Shown here piece after piece: positions 25,801 through 40,900 of a stretch of DNA of 64,000 bases; the first letter of the stretch is position 1, and the number at the start of each line of letters is the position of its first letter. Under the pieces are notes generated by a model that was not told where the DNA came from, ran no database searches, and was given only the letters and a program-made list of their open reading frames with translations. This DNA is from Paragordius varius. Its lineage: Eukaryota > Animalia > Nematomorpha. A program made the translations under genes and the position numbers. The stretch spans positions 11,408,001 to 11,472,000 of the forward strand of contig OZ176050.1 of NCBI GenBank assembly GCA_964247055.1, written 5' to 3'.

Positions 25801-28800
25801 GTAATTCTTTCCAATTATTGATTAAAAAAATATTTTGCTCTTTTCAAAATAAAAAAAAGATGAAGGAAAACTTAGAGCCTTATAAATGCTATTTTTTTCA
25901 ATCCTAAAAGTTTGGAACTATACATTCTAAAAGGTAAAGCATAGTATTTTAAAGTATACTTGACAGTAAAAAATGTTTAAAAAATTTGCATAACAAATTT
26001 TGTTCAGATACTTTCAAATTCATAGATTAACTGATTGATTTAATACCGTAAATTTTAATATGTAAGAAATTTCCTCCTACACAAGCCATTAAATACCATG
26101 TGTGTCATACTGTAAATAACTTTATTACCTGTCATCATTAACTTGGGAAAATTTTTCCATATCGAGAGTGAGGAAAACAGTGCAGTGTTGAGCCCATCAG
26201 TTTGATCATTTGTGGCCAATGTTGATTGTGGCATTACATTAGGTCCCGATATCGTTATATTACTATTATTTGGTGGTTCACATGCATAAGATAGCTGTAA
26301 CAGTGTATCTTCATCCATAATGGGGGGACAGTTTGACCAGGAACTAATATCTAAAATGATTGCGGAAAATAATTATGGTTAAATTTTTTTAACATAAAAA
26401 CATTTTAAGCGTTTAAAATATAAATAAATGCATAGATTATGAGGGAAGGGGGTTTGATTTTCGCCTTAGAGTAGTAAATTTTTTTAAATAATAGTCGTTA
26501 TAGCGGTAATTTAAAAACAAAACTTAATAACCTCTTATAAAATTAGATAAGATATTGTATAAAATGTTTGATGTGTAATTTTAAACTTATATATTAATTA
26601 ATAAATAGTTGGGTTATTAAATTTATTTTCAAATCCCCAAAATGCGTGAATTTATTAAACAATGTATATGATCATGACTTCCAATCTTAAAACTCATATT
26701 GTATGTAAATAATATGAGATTGTTTCTTACTATATAAATCTTGAAATGTTTCCGCATTGGTTTTGGGTTTCTTTGTATCCTTAATGGTTGATGTATTATT
26801 ATTGTGGTCTGTACCACAAGCATCTAATACAGATAATATATAGGTTCTAACACGTCGTAATGATTGAGCATTTTCATAATTTTTTTTTGGGTTTGGGGGT
26901 GTGTGAGTTTGTCCAGGATTATCTAAACAAATAAAATTGAGAATTTTTTAGAAAGATATACTGTTTGATAGGAAGACGAGTTAAGACGAAATGTGTAAAA
27001 TATTCAAAATGCAATATTATTGTGTTTTATCAAGTAAAAATTATATTTTTTTTCAAAAAAATTAATATTAAATTTATATCAAAAAATGAATAATTATTGT
27101 GGTATTAATTACTATTTTAGACCACTGAATATATTATCTTGTTGAATTTAATGTATTAAAATATTATTCTTTATAGGTCATCATCTCAATTAACCAAATA
27201 TATAATATAAATTTAAATAAATTTATCATTGTTTAACCATAAAAACAAGTAAAATTATTATATGTATATGGAAACGCACTTGAATTTTGCCCCATTATAC
27301 CGGGCAAAACAACATCGATGGTAGAAAAATTGAAGTGTTTTGAAACGCTAAGTGATTTTTTCTTATTCAAAGTATTTTGTGTTGTTATATCATCATTATC
27401 TTGAGTACAAATTCCCTGTTGTGAAGTAGCACCTGTTCTTTGAATATCGATCGATGGAATCTGTCAATTAAAGAAGCATAGATAGACTATGGCTTTTCCA
27501 CAAAAATCAATAAATAAAAGTGCAGTGTTTGTAGGAGAATTTTAATAAATGATAACAGAGATCTAAATTAATCCTCTTGTGGAAAAAAACTCCCGGCTTA
27601 ATATCCGAGTCAAAACCCTTTTTCAAATAAATCAAAATTGAATTGTTATAGTTTCAATTAATATCCAATTTTTTACAAATATACTGGTAAACATTATTAA
27701 AAAGAATGATTAATATTAATTTTTTATTGTTTATGGCTCCCTACAAGGGCTGCCTCGCAAACCACCAGAGGTTGGAAAGGTATATTCAACACTCTTTATT
27801 ATAATTTTAAAAGCAAGATATAAAAATTAGAACTGTCCATTTCAAAAAGCTTATTATAAAGGGGTTATCACAAGAAAGAATCCACTGTACGCTAAAAGTT
27901 TACAAACTAAGGAATTAATATATTTTTACAATTAGTTTGTATACGCATTTTAGATGAAAACAGAAAACAGTAAAAATATTATTACGCGTTTTTTTAAAGT
28001 AGAACTGCTAAAAGTAGTTGATTGTGGGATTGCAGAATAATTTGGATCGCACGTTAAGGTGGACGGAGAAAATACTTTTGATAATTCTCTGTCAAGTATT
28101 TCGGAACCGGTAGAGAATCGGCGATTGTGTCCACCAATAACTGCTGGTTCTAAACGAAAATATGTAAAAATAAATATCCTATAAAAAATTTTTAATTATT
28201 GCCGTGGTTTATTAAATATTTGCGAGCGTTTATAGTAAAGAATATTAGTATTAGATTAAATTGATTAATAATTAGAAATATTTTTTTTGCTGTTTCAAAT
28301 TAAGTTAATATTGCTTGCTGTAAATACTACCTGGTAATATAATAAATACAATTATCACATATTTTTTTCTAAACTAAGTAAAATTTCAAAATTGACAGGC
28401 AACACATTTGATTAAATCTGTTATTTAATTAAACAAAAAAATAAATGATAATAATGATCTGTTTATTACATACCCATAACAATGGTTTGTTTTTCTTTGA
28501 GATGTGCATTCCGTTTTTGTTTCCAAGAGAGTTTGGTTTTCAATGGTTTAGCTAATTTTCAAAAAATATTTTAGAAAAAAAACTTTTATATTAACAACTT
28601 TTAAAATAAGAAATATATATATATATTAATTTGAAAACTATTTACCATAATTATCTAACTTACAGCTATTCTCTTCTATTGATGTTGATGTGGCATAACC
28701 CTCTTTAATCTTTTTAAGGCTAGTTGAAAAAACATTACTTTTTGTATGGGTGGTTGATGGTACATGTAATTTTTTTTCCTGACATTCTAAAGTTTTATAA

Positions 28801-31800
28801 TTAAATATAACAAATAAAGTATTATTTTATATATGTTTAATCAAAGGCATTATTAAATGAAAAAGGTGGTATTTTATAAAACAAAAAACTGTTAAATATA
28901 AAGATTAATTATTCGCCACCGATTAACTAGTTTTGGCCAAAGGAACATCAAATTTGAAATATGCATAATATAAAGTCAATTTAACAAAAATGGTATTCCA
29001 GTTTTACAGCAATGTAAATAAATAATTTCTTTTAAAAATAATTAAAAACAAATTTCATACGTGGACTATTGTTTAGGGAAGTTATTACATTATTTTGCGT
29101 AGAGACATAAGGTGATGTCGTCCGATTGTTTTTAACATCGTTTGTAATACAATGTTTGGTATCATTGGAATCTAACATAATATTACATAAATTATGGTCT
29201 TCGGAACTAAATTTTTATTAAAAACCAATTATTTTTTTAGATTGTTAGCAAGCATTGATAGACATAAACTTAAAAGTTATCCAAAAACTAAGCTTATAGT
29301 ACTTTGGTAAAGTGATGCGCCTTTCAAAATAGCTTTTCAAATCAAAAACACCTTAACTAATAAGTTTATGCTGACATCATGCTCTTTTATGATTTTTATA
29401 TAAGGTCGTACTTTGTGAATAATAATAGTTAGCCCTCATAATGACCCCTTAAATAGAAAAAAATATAATTAATCATTTTTTTAAACAAGAATCATGATGT
29501 CGATGATTTTGTGCCATATTAATCCCCACAATCCTGGTGATATGCCGGAAAGGGGGGAGGGAAAATTTAAATATAATTAATATAAATTATTTCCCAAACT
29601 CGATATTAATAAAGAATCCGTGGTGGTAGTTTCGTCAATCTTTGGTGATAAATGACCTAATAATTTAGACGAGTCGTTATCACAACCCCCCGTTGTTAGA
29701 ACTAATGTTGATGATTGTTGATCTTGAATTATATCAGTATTACTATTCGGAACAGGAGGAGGTTTACACCCGGGCCAATTATCAATCATAACTTGGTAGG
29801 TGGGTAAGGCAAAGGGGCCACCCAACCCATCAAGTGCTTGAGCCATTTCAAGCGTTACCGATTGCATTTGTTGTAAACGCCGAATTTCACGGGCCACACA
29901 AGATAATTTGTCAAAATTTATGACGCGTTTTTCAACGGTCTGTGATTCATTAGGTAGTACTTCTGGAACTATATCTTTTGAATCTAAAAAACAACAATGG
30001 ATAACGAGGATATAATATACAGTAAAAACTTAAATAAAGCAAAAAACATAAAAAGCAAAAAAACATAAATATTTTGAATCAAGAAAACCATATATTCTTG
30101 ACTTTTTTTAAAATATAGTCCAGTACTAAATTTAATGAAATGCCAATTTACTCCTTATTTCACTAAAATGATATGTTTATATTAAAAAAGATTTAAAAAT
30201 ATGGTTTTATTTTTAAAAAAAATTAGTTGGCTTTACATGTTGTTCAAGTTATAATTTTTACTGTATTTTGCTGGTTTATAATTTGGATGAAATTAAAAAG
30301 AGGATACACTATTATTGTATCATTTATGTCAATATTCCCTAGAGCTATAAAATGATATTTGGATCTTATATTATTCAGTGTAAAATAGAATATATGCATT
30401 TTACAATATTATTTAGAAATGAATAAAGCAAAGATTATTTTTAATAATAAAAGCGACTAAGAGTAATTATATTTTGTGAAAAATTATTTCTAATTTGTGA
30501 TTTATAAATTAAATTTTTCTTTCACTACTATAACGTTGTCGACGAATCGGGTTCATGAAAAATATATAAAAAATTTTAAATTACAAGTAAAGCCCTAGTA
30601 CTTTACATGAAAATCAACAACAAAATTCTTCAATTTAAAATAAACGTGAAAGCATTTCCCCCAATCTAAAAGATTCTCAAAAAATTATAAAAAACATAAA
30701 TAGCAAACATATAGAGCCATACTTTTTTCATCATCCTCTATGAACGTTGAATTTCCCAAATGTATAAATGTCAAATCTTTTTTGAACAAAGGGAAAAATG
30801 GAATTAGGGGTGTAACGTAAGCGCTTTTACGCAAAACACTCCGATAATTTGCCATATTTCGGCTCGGATCAAGTAGCTTTTTAAGTTCCTCAATTATAAA
30901 TCTGTAAACCATATAAGAAAGAATTAATTCTGTCGCTAATTATTAGCAGGATCTATAAATTTTTGAATATAGGAAAACTAAGAACTGCCTTTTTAAAATA
31001 ATTAATGCGAAAAATTGAAAATGATTTTATTAGTGTTTTAGTTCCATTTTTCGATTATTATTATATAAAATAATTATTTCGGATTATTATTTAGTAAATA
31101 GTTATAAATGATTCAACATTAAAACTAAATTAAAAATTTGAAAACAAAAATTTGTAATTTGAAATATTTTTGGCAATACCTATATTTTGCGGGTAATTTG
31201 GCCCATGTAAGTTCTAGTCGAGATACTGAATTATGACACAACCCACTACATATGGCAAATGTTGTATTGTAATTCCGTAATGCGCGACAATACTGTGCCA
31301 ACTTGATGAAAAATTTGATTTTCTTGCATCGTTTCAACAAACTTTTGGTTTCGGAAACAATTTCATAAACGACCCAAAACATTTCTTTGTCAACAAGCTA
31401 TTATAGGAAAAAAATGTATATTTAAAATGTTTCGTAAAAAAGGAAAAAATAAACTTTAACCCATAATTTTAGATAACATTTTTATTATGAAAAAGTGTGG
31501 ATAAATACTTTCTTTCTCGAAAAATCAAAAGTTTAATAGCTTTTAATAAAAATTCAATCAATAAACCTTTTCAAACTCAAGTAAATTTTGTGTGGCAAAA
31601 AAACTGGGAGGTACTAAAAAACTTTCATCATGATTAAAATCATTAGCAGTGTTGTCGTTTTCATTGTCCAGAGGTGATAATTTTAATTTATCATTCGGTA
31701 AGTCAAATAAATTGTTAATGTATTCGGATGCCTCAATACGCCGAAAATAAAAAAAGTCCCGCAAAGTTAGTAAGATGGCTAATTCGGCACAAGGTAACGT

Positions 31801-31878
31801 TAGGAGAGGAATTTTAAATGTTTCTATATTATTTGATGAAAAAGGATTAAATAGTCTTATTTTGAATAATTTGAATTT

Positions 31879-31923
<45 letters not shown>

Positions 31924-34900
31924 AAATTCAATTATAAAGATAAAACGTAAAAATTAAAAGAATATTTTTTTCATGAAGCTAAGATATGTTTAATATTTTC
32001 GAAAGTAACCGATCGTCGCGTAAAGCGGAAAAGATAAAATTAGTAAATTTCATATATATATTTACCAATTATAATTTAAGTTACTTAAAAAATCAAGGTT
32101 TAAAGAATGATAGCTACCTTAATAAAAATATTTTTTTAGTATTTAGGTTTAATCTTTATAACTTTTTACTGTATTTAAATAAAAAATAGATAAAACCTTT
32201 TGAAGAACCAACATTTTCAATTTCTAATCCCCCTTCAACCAACAATTCAGTAGCTAGATTTTTGTCCGATAAACTCCCACCATCATTATTAATCAGCGCA
32301 ATACTGTCATTTGTCTGAGACGTAGCATGGTTAATTGTTTCCGTTTTATTCGATGATTGATTTGTAGATTGTAAATTATTATTATTATTATGGTTAAGAA
32401 GTTTATATTTTGTTAGCTTTGAAAATGTGGAAGGTAAGGATGGTTTACCAGAATTTAAAAAAGTGCAATTATTATTGGCTGTTAAATTCATACCGGTTCC
32501 GCTTGTTGTCGTTGTGGATGATGATATGTTTCGTTTTATATAATATCTAAGACAAAAGTAAAATTGATAGGTAACCAAAAAAAGACATATAGATATCGTA
32601 AGTCATATTAATAGTCAATGCCCAGACGATATACATTTTTACAAAAACGTTTCAAAACTATTTTGGTTTTATTTTAAAAGTCTGATATATCGGTTTCATA
32701 TCAATCTTGAAAGGGATGGGAATTTTCCATTAATTCAAATAATTGGGAGCAAAACTTGACTCCAAAATAATAAGCTGTATTTAAATCCTATAAATCTAAT
32801 ACTAGATTGATTTACATAAAATGGAAAATAAAAAAAATGTAAGGTTCCAATACGCAAAAGCTAAAATAAACCTGGCATTTAAATTAAGTCTATCTGCTAG
32901 GTTTGTCAAATGATCCGGCAATCGTTTGCGTTTCAACACTCCTCCATTCTGCAATGATACTTCAAACAGGGCATAAAAGCTATTGAGGAAAAACAACATT
33001 TTATAAAAAAAATTATTAACAAAACTATGATGAATATAGAAAATTTAATTTTAAATTGCTACCTAATATTATTATCAGATAAAAATAGTATTTTTTAAAA
33101 AAAAAGGTTATAGGGAAAAATTTAAGATAAATCAAAAACCTGCTTGAATCTGTAATTCCGAATTCTCTAAGGGTTAGCATTACAACTTCCTTGGCGGATG
33201 TTTCCTAATATAATATTAAAAATGTAATGGATTAAAATAATATAATAATTAAACAAAATTTTTTTGAGATATTTTCAGTTAAAAATAGGATACAACTAAA
33301 ATTACACGGTTTATATCAAATTACTTTATGAATAAGCAAATATTTGAAAGCACTGTCATTAATATTTCGGTAAACTTTAATGACATATTCGGGGTGAGGG
33401 GCCATAGGACCACCGTTTGAAATGGAAAATTTCGATTTTGATGTGCTTGAAGCAAGGGACAGAGGTTTAATGGAGTGAATATTACCTAATTTTGGGTGGT
33501 ATTATTTATTAAATCAAATTGTAGTTTTAATAAGTTTAATAAAAATTATTATTAATCCATCAATAGGGTATAATTATAAAAATGTACAATTGAAATTATA
33601 TGTAAGAAAATACAAAATTCTCTTTTAACCGAAATAGTAAAAAGTGATTGTGTTTAATTTTATATTTTACCATTAGATAATGTCATGAGTAAAAAAGGTA
33701 ATTTTTATCCCACAAAAATATTTAAAACTTAATTTAATTGATAAAAAACAATAGATTAAGACAATTTGATTTATTACTAATAACATATTTGATGTATAAT
33801 GTTAAAAAAATTTAGTAAGATTTTTTCACAAGATAGCTTATTACTAGAGAATTTATGCCGCAAAAATTCTCAAGAAAAATATGATAATGATTTAATAGAT
33901 TGCTTTAATAAATTAAAAACAACCAAATAAATTTTTATTTTGGTGATTAAATGTTGCCTATCATACCAATAACAATTTATGGATAATTATAAATTTCCTC
34001 CTAATAATTGAATAGGAAATCCAAGACTAAAAAAATGCATTGCGATCGTAAAATATACTTGTCAAACCAAAAATGCTTTGCTTATGTATAATTTAATATT
34101 TATTGATCATTTTATCATCTTATATGGTTATTAAATGCATAATATTTATATGATCATTCGAAAAAGGTGTATGCCACATATTCTCCAATCATGCTTATAG
34201 ATTGACTCGGTAAATATCTTTACATATGGTTAAATGTGTGGTGGAATCTTTTCCCAGTTTGGTCACTCAAGACTGATTTTTGAGAAAATATTCATAATCC
34301 TGAACCATATCCATTTCTATTGTCATATTAACACTTAAAGGATATACTTAACTTTATAAATACATTCCCGCCTTTATATAATCGTGTTAAAAAACCATAT
34401 CAATTCGCATTAAAATATCTACAACAGCGTTACCGATTTATTTATAATCTGACGCTTTATACCGACTAATGAAACCTTGATTAAAATGTTTTAAAGTATC
34501 CCATACTCTTGCTTGGTTGTATTAAGGATTAATGAATTATTCGTCCTTGAACATTTTATGCAATTGGGGGCCGGTTCTTTGGAAAAGGAGGATATAATGC
34601 TAGGAAAAGTAGACGGCAAACATGGAAAGCGCCGAAGACGTATCCGTTAGATGAACGAAATATTATCCCTTTCTAAAACAACCCAACAAAAACTATCCTT
34701 AAAAACGCATGACAGGACCGAATGGACCAAGTTTTCCTATAAAATCGCTAACGGTCGTTAATCAAATACAAGCTTTCAACCATACATAGTATCTATTTTT
34801 TGATTGTATAGCGGGATTTTTTATTTTTCCTGTGTATAAATGCAAGGGCTCGTGATTTTTCTTAATGTTGGTAAAAAAGCTCCTCTTCGAACCTAGGAGG

Positions 34901-37900
34901 TGCGCAAGGGTTTCAATCGCATAAAATGTTCAAGGACAAATATTTTACAAATCTCCTAAGTAGAACCTAACAAAGGATGCTTTAAAAATCTCAATCAAGG
35001 AGGTTTCTTTGGTCGTTATAAAGGGCCAGATTATAAAGAATTGGCAAATGCGCTGTTTAGCTAGTTTTTGCAAATTGAGTAAAATATTTTAAAATTATAT
35101 GGAGATGGAAATGTATTTATAAATATATGTATATCCATTTGGAGCAAAATGACAACGAAAATGCAATTGTTCAGGCTCACTTGGAATATTTTCCCAAAAG
35201 TTAGTCTTGAGTGACGGAATTGGGGAAATTTCCCACCAAAAATTAAAACATATAAACAAAGATACTTATCGAGTCAAGCTAATTGAGATTTTATGTGGCA
35301 TAATAACCTTTTTAACAAATGATAATTATGAATATTTAGTATTAAATAAACATATAAGATAGTAAAATGGTCAACAATTATGACATCACATAGCGAATTC
35401 TTTTCACATTTAGTTTTGATTTCCTAATTACATTTGCATATTTATTTTCATATCCTAATTATTGTGTAAGTATTCAAAAAATTAGGTGGTCTATAATTTA
35501 AAAATGTTGCAACAAATTTTTTCCTAGTCATCTAATGAGTAAAAATTTCTCATATATCTATCCTCTTTTTTTGCACACATAGTATAATTTCACTAAGAAA
35601 ATTAAATTCTTTCGTAAAAAAGTGTTATTGTAATAAGAAAAATATTATATACCCACACTCCCAGAGTTATGTTGTTGCTTAATAAGGGCAATAGATTTTT
35701 TATTTGTTCGCAATGTGTTATTGTTATTATTCAATGATTTATCAATCACATAATTATTTTTGTTGTTTTCAGGATGTAAGAATAATAATTTGTTTTGGCT
35801 CACCAGCGATGATGTTTCACATAAAAAACCATCCTCATCCATGAGGGAGGAATTATGTGACGATGAGATGGAAAACCTTCACCAAATTAAAACATACATA
35901 AAAAGATTTTTGTAAAAATTTCTTTTATAATAAACTCTTTTTGTGCAAACCTTTACATTTTTTTAAAAAAACCGGCATACTAAAAAGGCGCACCAAAAAA
36001 AATTTTTTGGTATTAATTTTTAATATGATCTTTTTTATCGTATTGTATTTCGTATTATTTACTAAAAAATTAATGTAAAATTATTCCGATTTGTATATTT
36101 ATATATTTGGCCATTTAACTTTCATTGTTTAAAAATAATTAAGCTTTTACATATTAATAAAGGAACCGAAATTATAATTTAGAGAAAAAAAAGTCATTTT
36201 AGAAGAAAACGATAAAAATAAATTGGAAATCATATTTTTTTTTAACTAAAACAATCAAATCTCAAATTTAAATTAACAATATAATAAAATCCTTTATTCC
36301 TTTATTTTTCAGTTTAATATTGTATAAAAATAAAACCTTTTTCTATGGGCTTGAATATCATATGGGTTAGTGCTTTTTGAAAGCGACGAGGGCTTAATTT
36401 TGTAATGCGTGTTCGTTGATAAATGCATGAGAGATTTCAAATTTTGAGATTCTAGCGATGTACCGTCCATATCATAATTCCCCGAAATATTTGAGGAACC
36501 AATCGAAGGAGATGAACTGAAAAAATCATATAATTTAGGTTAACAACACGTCACTACCCTTTGAGGTAATAAATTAATCCAATTTAATATAAATATTACA
36601 AAAAATATCACTAAGCACTGGCTCTGTGTTAAATTCATACTATGATCTTTTAAGCGTATTATTATTGAAAAAAGGGCCTATTATGTCAAACTTTTTGGCG
36701 TTAAATATATTGTAATTATTGATTTGCAAAAAATTTATAAATTTTGAAAACCATTTAAATTAGATTTATTTATATTAAATAAATTTAATTGTTTAAATTT
36801 TAACTTTGGCATATATAGGAGACAATGTAAATAGACTACTAATTCCCAAAATCAATCCCCAAAAATTATTCATACCATATGTAATAAGGCGTGGTCAGAA
36901 TGTATATAGTATAAATTAAAAAAAACCAATGACATTACCCAGAAATCGATTTATTCAAATCATTCTTCATGTCAGTAGGGACACAACAATGTTGTTTAGT
37001 AATATCAAGCCTATTATTGCTATTGGCGGCTGTAGATACGGAGGAAAGGATGACTTGCTTAAATTTATTTTTACGATTCTTCCAAACCATGGCATTAAAA
37101 AATTTTTTGGACCCTAATGAGTTAAAACTCATATTGTGTAACGAAGTTTGTTGGTTCGACTTTTCCGTTTTATGAGAGCTATTCACGTAATTAACATTTT
37201 AATCTTTTTATGTAATCAATGGAACTTTTCAAAAAATAAACATCATTTACAATATTTTTTCATAAACCCACTTATTTTATAAGAAAAAAGTTTGTGTAAT
37301 AATGAATGTTGGTTTTATAAAAATAATGTTGATCTTCAACAATAAAAAGATTTATTATTCAAACATTTAAAAAAATTATTAAACAATTTATATGGTTAAA
37401 AAATATAATATGAAAATAAAAATAAACCTTTCAAACGATGTATCCAAATGTTGTGGACATAGAGAATCATTAGTTGCCTTGTTAAAATCTATAAATAAAA
37501 TTTGTATACTCGCATATAAAATATTTTTGAGATGTTTACAAAGTACTAAAAAGCATATTCAAAAATACGTAAAGCGAAATGCGATATTATTTATAAAAAA
37601 TATAGCGACTCAATAATCTGGTTTTATCGAAAAAAATAAAACCTATATTCTAACCGACCAGTGTCTCAAATTAATTTCGATATTAAACAGACCGTTATGG
37701 CACAAAATTTGGAATATCATATAGCAAGTAAAGTGTCAAGAAGATAGCGCAGCTGTTTTAATATACGTTTAACTGAAAATCTAATTCAGAACACAAACTT
37801 TTTATTACAAAATATTATATTCCTTACTTACGACAGAGAAAATTTGCGCACATTTAACTATGAAAAAAACTATAAATCGACCTCGACAATACAATATTTA

Positions 37901-40900
37901 TATATTCTTACGAAATTAAACATATACATAATCTCTATTCAAATTTTAACTAATATGAACAGTTGTATAGCGCACCTATTAGCATAATTATATTGCATAT
38001 TATGAATATAAAAAACCCGTATAAATTTTCTAAAATCTTATATATATAGCTCAAAAAATATAAAAATACTAACGTTCAGAATTTCTATGGTGATCGTTTT
38101 CCTGAAGCGCTTGAAAGCAAGTTGACGTACTTTTCCTGGGGGGTAGTGGTATTGGATTTGATTGAATGGGCGGTAGGTGCTTAGGTGAACCAGTTACAGA
38201 AGACATTGTAATAAATTGTTTTAATCCTATATTGTAAAAAAAACAAAATCTATATTATCAAATAAATAATGCTTTTAAAAAGTGAATCAATGGTTACCCA
38301 CATAACCATTTTAAATTTATAATCTAATAAGATTATTTGTTAAAAAACCGGAAAAAATCATTTTAAAACTATGAAAAAGAATTAATACTGTTTGACCTGT
38401 TACCTGATATATTAGACTTGACAACGATACACAGATGTGTACTGTTTCGAAAGATATCAAGTGCTCTTGTATGCGATATGTAGTCAAAGTTTTGGCCATT
38501 TACCTCTAAAATCTATACGAGGGGTGATAAAACAAGGATATTTAGAAACAATGTCAATAAAATAAATTTTAATTTGTAAATTATCAACTTTGTGTAAAAA
38601 AAAGTATAGTTACCCCCTTATAATGAACTTCTCTAACAAACAGTAAAGGCTAATTGGCTCTTAATTATCATGAACTTTTTAATTGTACATTATGGAGGTA
38701 CTGATTAGTAATACACAATCGCTAAAGATACATATCCACTCCTGACTTGTTTTAAGCCATAAAACAAAAATTAATTAACGTTTAAACATTATCATCTTAT
38801 TAATTGTAATTAATTGATTCTATATTAATAATTATACAAATCTTTGATTCAAATAATAAATCATAGTATTATCCAAACAATTCGGATAATGAGTTTAATT
38901 AAAGGAGGTTGATTGTAATTGCATTAATTTTTCTTTGATTTTTACCAAAGCATACATATTTTTACAGCGTATAAATTATAAAAGAAATAACCTGATCTCC
39001 TCGACGCAGACCCATTTTATGGGCTTTGGAATGTTTTTCAACCTTAGAAACGAAAATGGGACAATTACGTTCCCAACCACCCAGAATGGAAAAGTGTAAG
39101 ACTTCATCTCTCATTGAACGATTCAGTATAATGGTACGTGGTTTAGCTTTTGACACACAAGCCATGTTAAGTAGGGTTAATTGACCTTGCATTTTCTGTG
39201 TGTAACATATAATGTGTAAAGGAAATATGTAAAAGAAACAAAACATTTAAATATCATAGTTTTCACAATTATAATATAATTAAAATATTAAAAAAAAGGA
39301 AAAGCCAAATATTTTATTTGCTTTAATTTTCAATAGAAATTGGCAAAACACTCATACTATTTAGAAAAGTTATCATATAAGTTATGTAGAAAGTATGAAT
39401 GATCGAAAAATATGGTTTATTTATTGATAAAATATATGATGTTTTGTCCTTATAATTATTTTAGCTGTATTATGCATGTGAAATAGGATATATGAATGTA
39501 TTTGCTTAAAGTTCATTATAAAAATATAGTAAAATTTTTTAATATATTGTAGTGCAATATATTATACTTCTGTTTCAAGTAATGTTTCAAATTCCTCAAG
39601 ATAATCCATCATCCACGGAATTTTTTCAAAATCACAAAAATGATTGTTGACCCATAACAAAAGAATTTTTGTAGCCTTTATAAATTTGATAAAAACATAT
39701 ATCACCACAACCAATCTAAAAACTATTTTATTGATTCCCCTATATTTCTCTCTTTATTTTTAAAATAGTTGATACCATATGAATATATATTTATAATTTT
39801 TTGTTAAAAATTACAGTTGACATATTATTGTAAATCACATTTATTGTGAAAATAATCCACAAAAGATATACTTTAATCTTGTATGAATTAACATTATTAT
39901 TGTCTGGCGTGTTGAACCATTCAAACAATTTACGCATTAGGTGATTTGGTGAATCCAAAAATATGCGGTAAGTTAAAAGGATATTCTCCATAAAAACGGA
40001 TAAATTTGCAATTTCATCGGAAACAAGATAATTGATGAGTTGAGTCAGGGTGCCCTACAAATAAAGAATTGGTGGAATAATACATAAAGAAACAAAGCAA
40101 ATAAAATTGATTACATTCAAAATAATTAAACATATATGATTATGATAAAAACTGATATAAAACAATAGTGTTAAATTTATTGAAAACGTAAAAGTTTATA
40201 TCTTGAGCAAGTTTTATGAATTGAAGTTAATATATTAAAATCAATTTAAACGGTTAACTTTTTTGCTTTATATCTAAAATGTGTGCGAAACGATTTTAAT
40301 TGTTTTTTGACCACTCAAATCTAATTGAATGAATATAAATTAAACTACCAACCTTTTTAACAACAATGTTTTTAAGGTTTGGTTGTTGATATTGGTGTTG
40401 GGCACTTTTATAATCAGGTTTACCCTCATTGACGCCATGATAATCGGTTTGATATGTTGTGTTAAAAACGTCAGAACTTAATTCATTTATTCTATCATGT
40501 AGATTAACTTTATTGGTTGAAGTGTAAGGATACATATTTTCACAGTCAAAATCATCAAAGTATGAATTGGTGGATTGCGAATTCGCTTGCTGTAATCTAA
40601 AATCGCAATGATGATCTTCCAATGCTTTAAAATCGTCATGGTCTTCGCTCAAATCCTCATCATCAAATATGGTATCATCTGGCCACGAGGAGGTCGTATC
40701 CTCTAAAAAACTCATGTTAGATCTATGAAAATTGGGTAAAAATATATTTTAAGGACAACATTTTATGTGAAAAAATATTATAAAAAGATTGTTATACATA
40801 CAGTTAGGTGAAATAAATGTTTAATAATTTATAGTAAAGGGTCACATTATTGGGCATATGGGCTTTTTAAATTGCTAATAAAGAGAATTTTAATATAATA

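Noticed and set aside
2553-37616. Short plus-strand ORFs (e.g. 2553, 3693, 7355, 8675, 12497, 16289, 21329, 21638, 22661, 25035, 31986, 36929, 37392)
   Set aside because: They are antisense shadows of exons, repeat-derived, or chance AT-rich frames without motifs.
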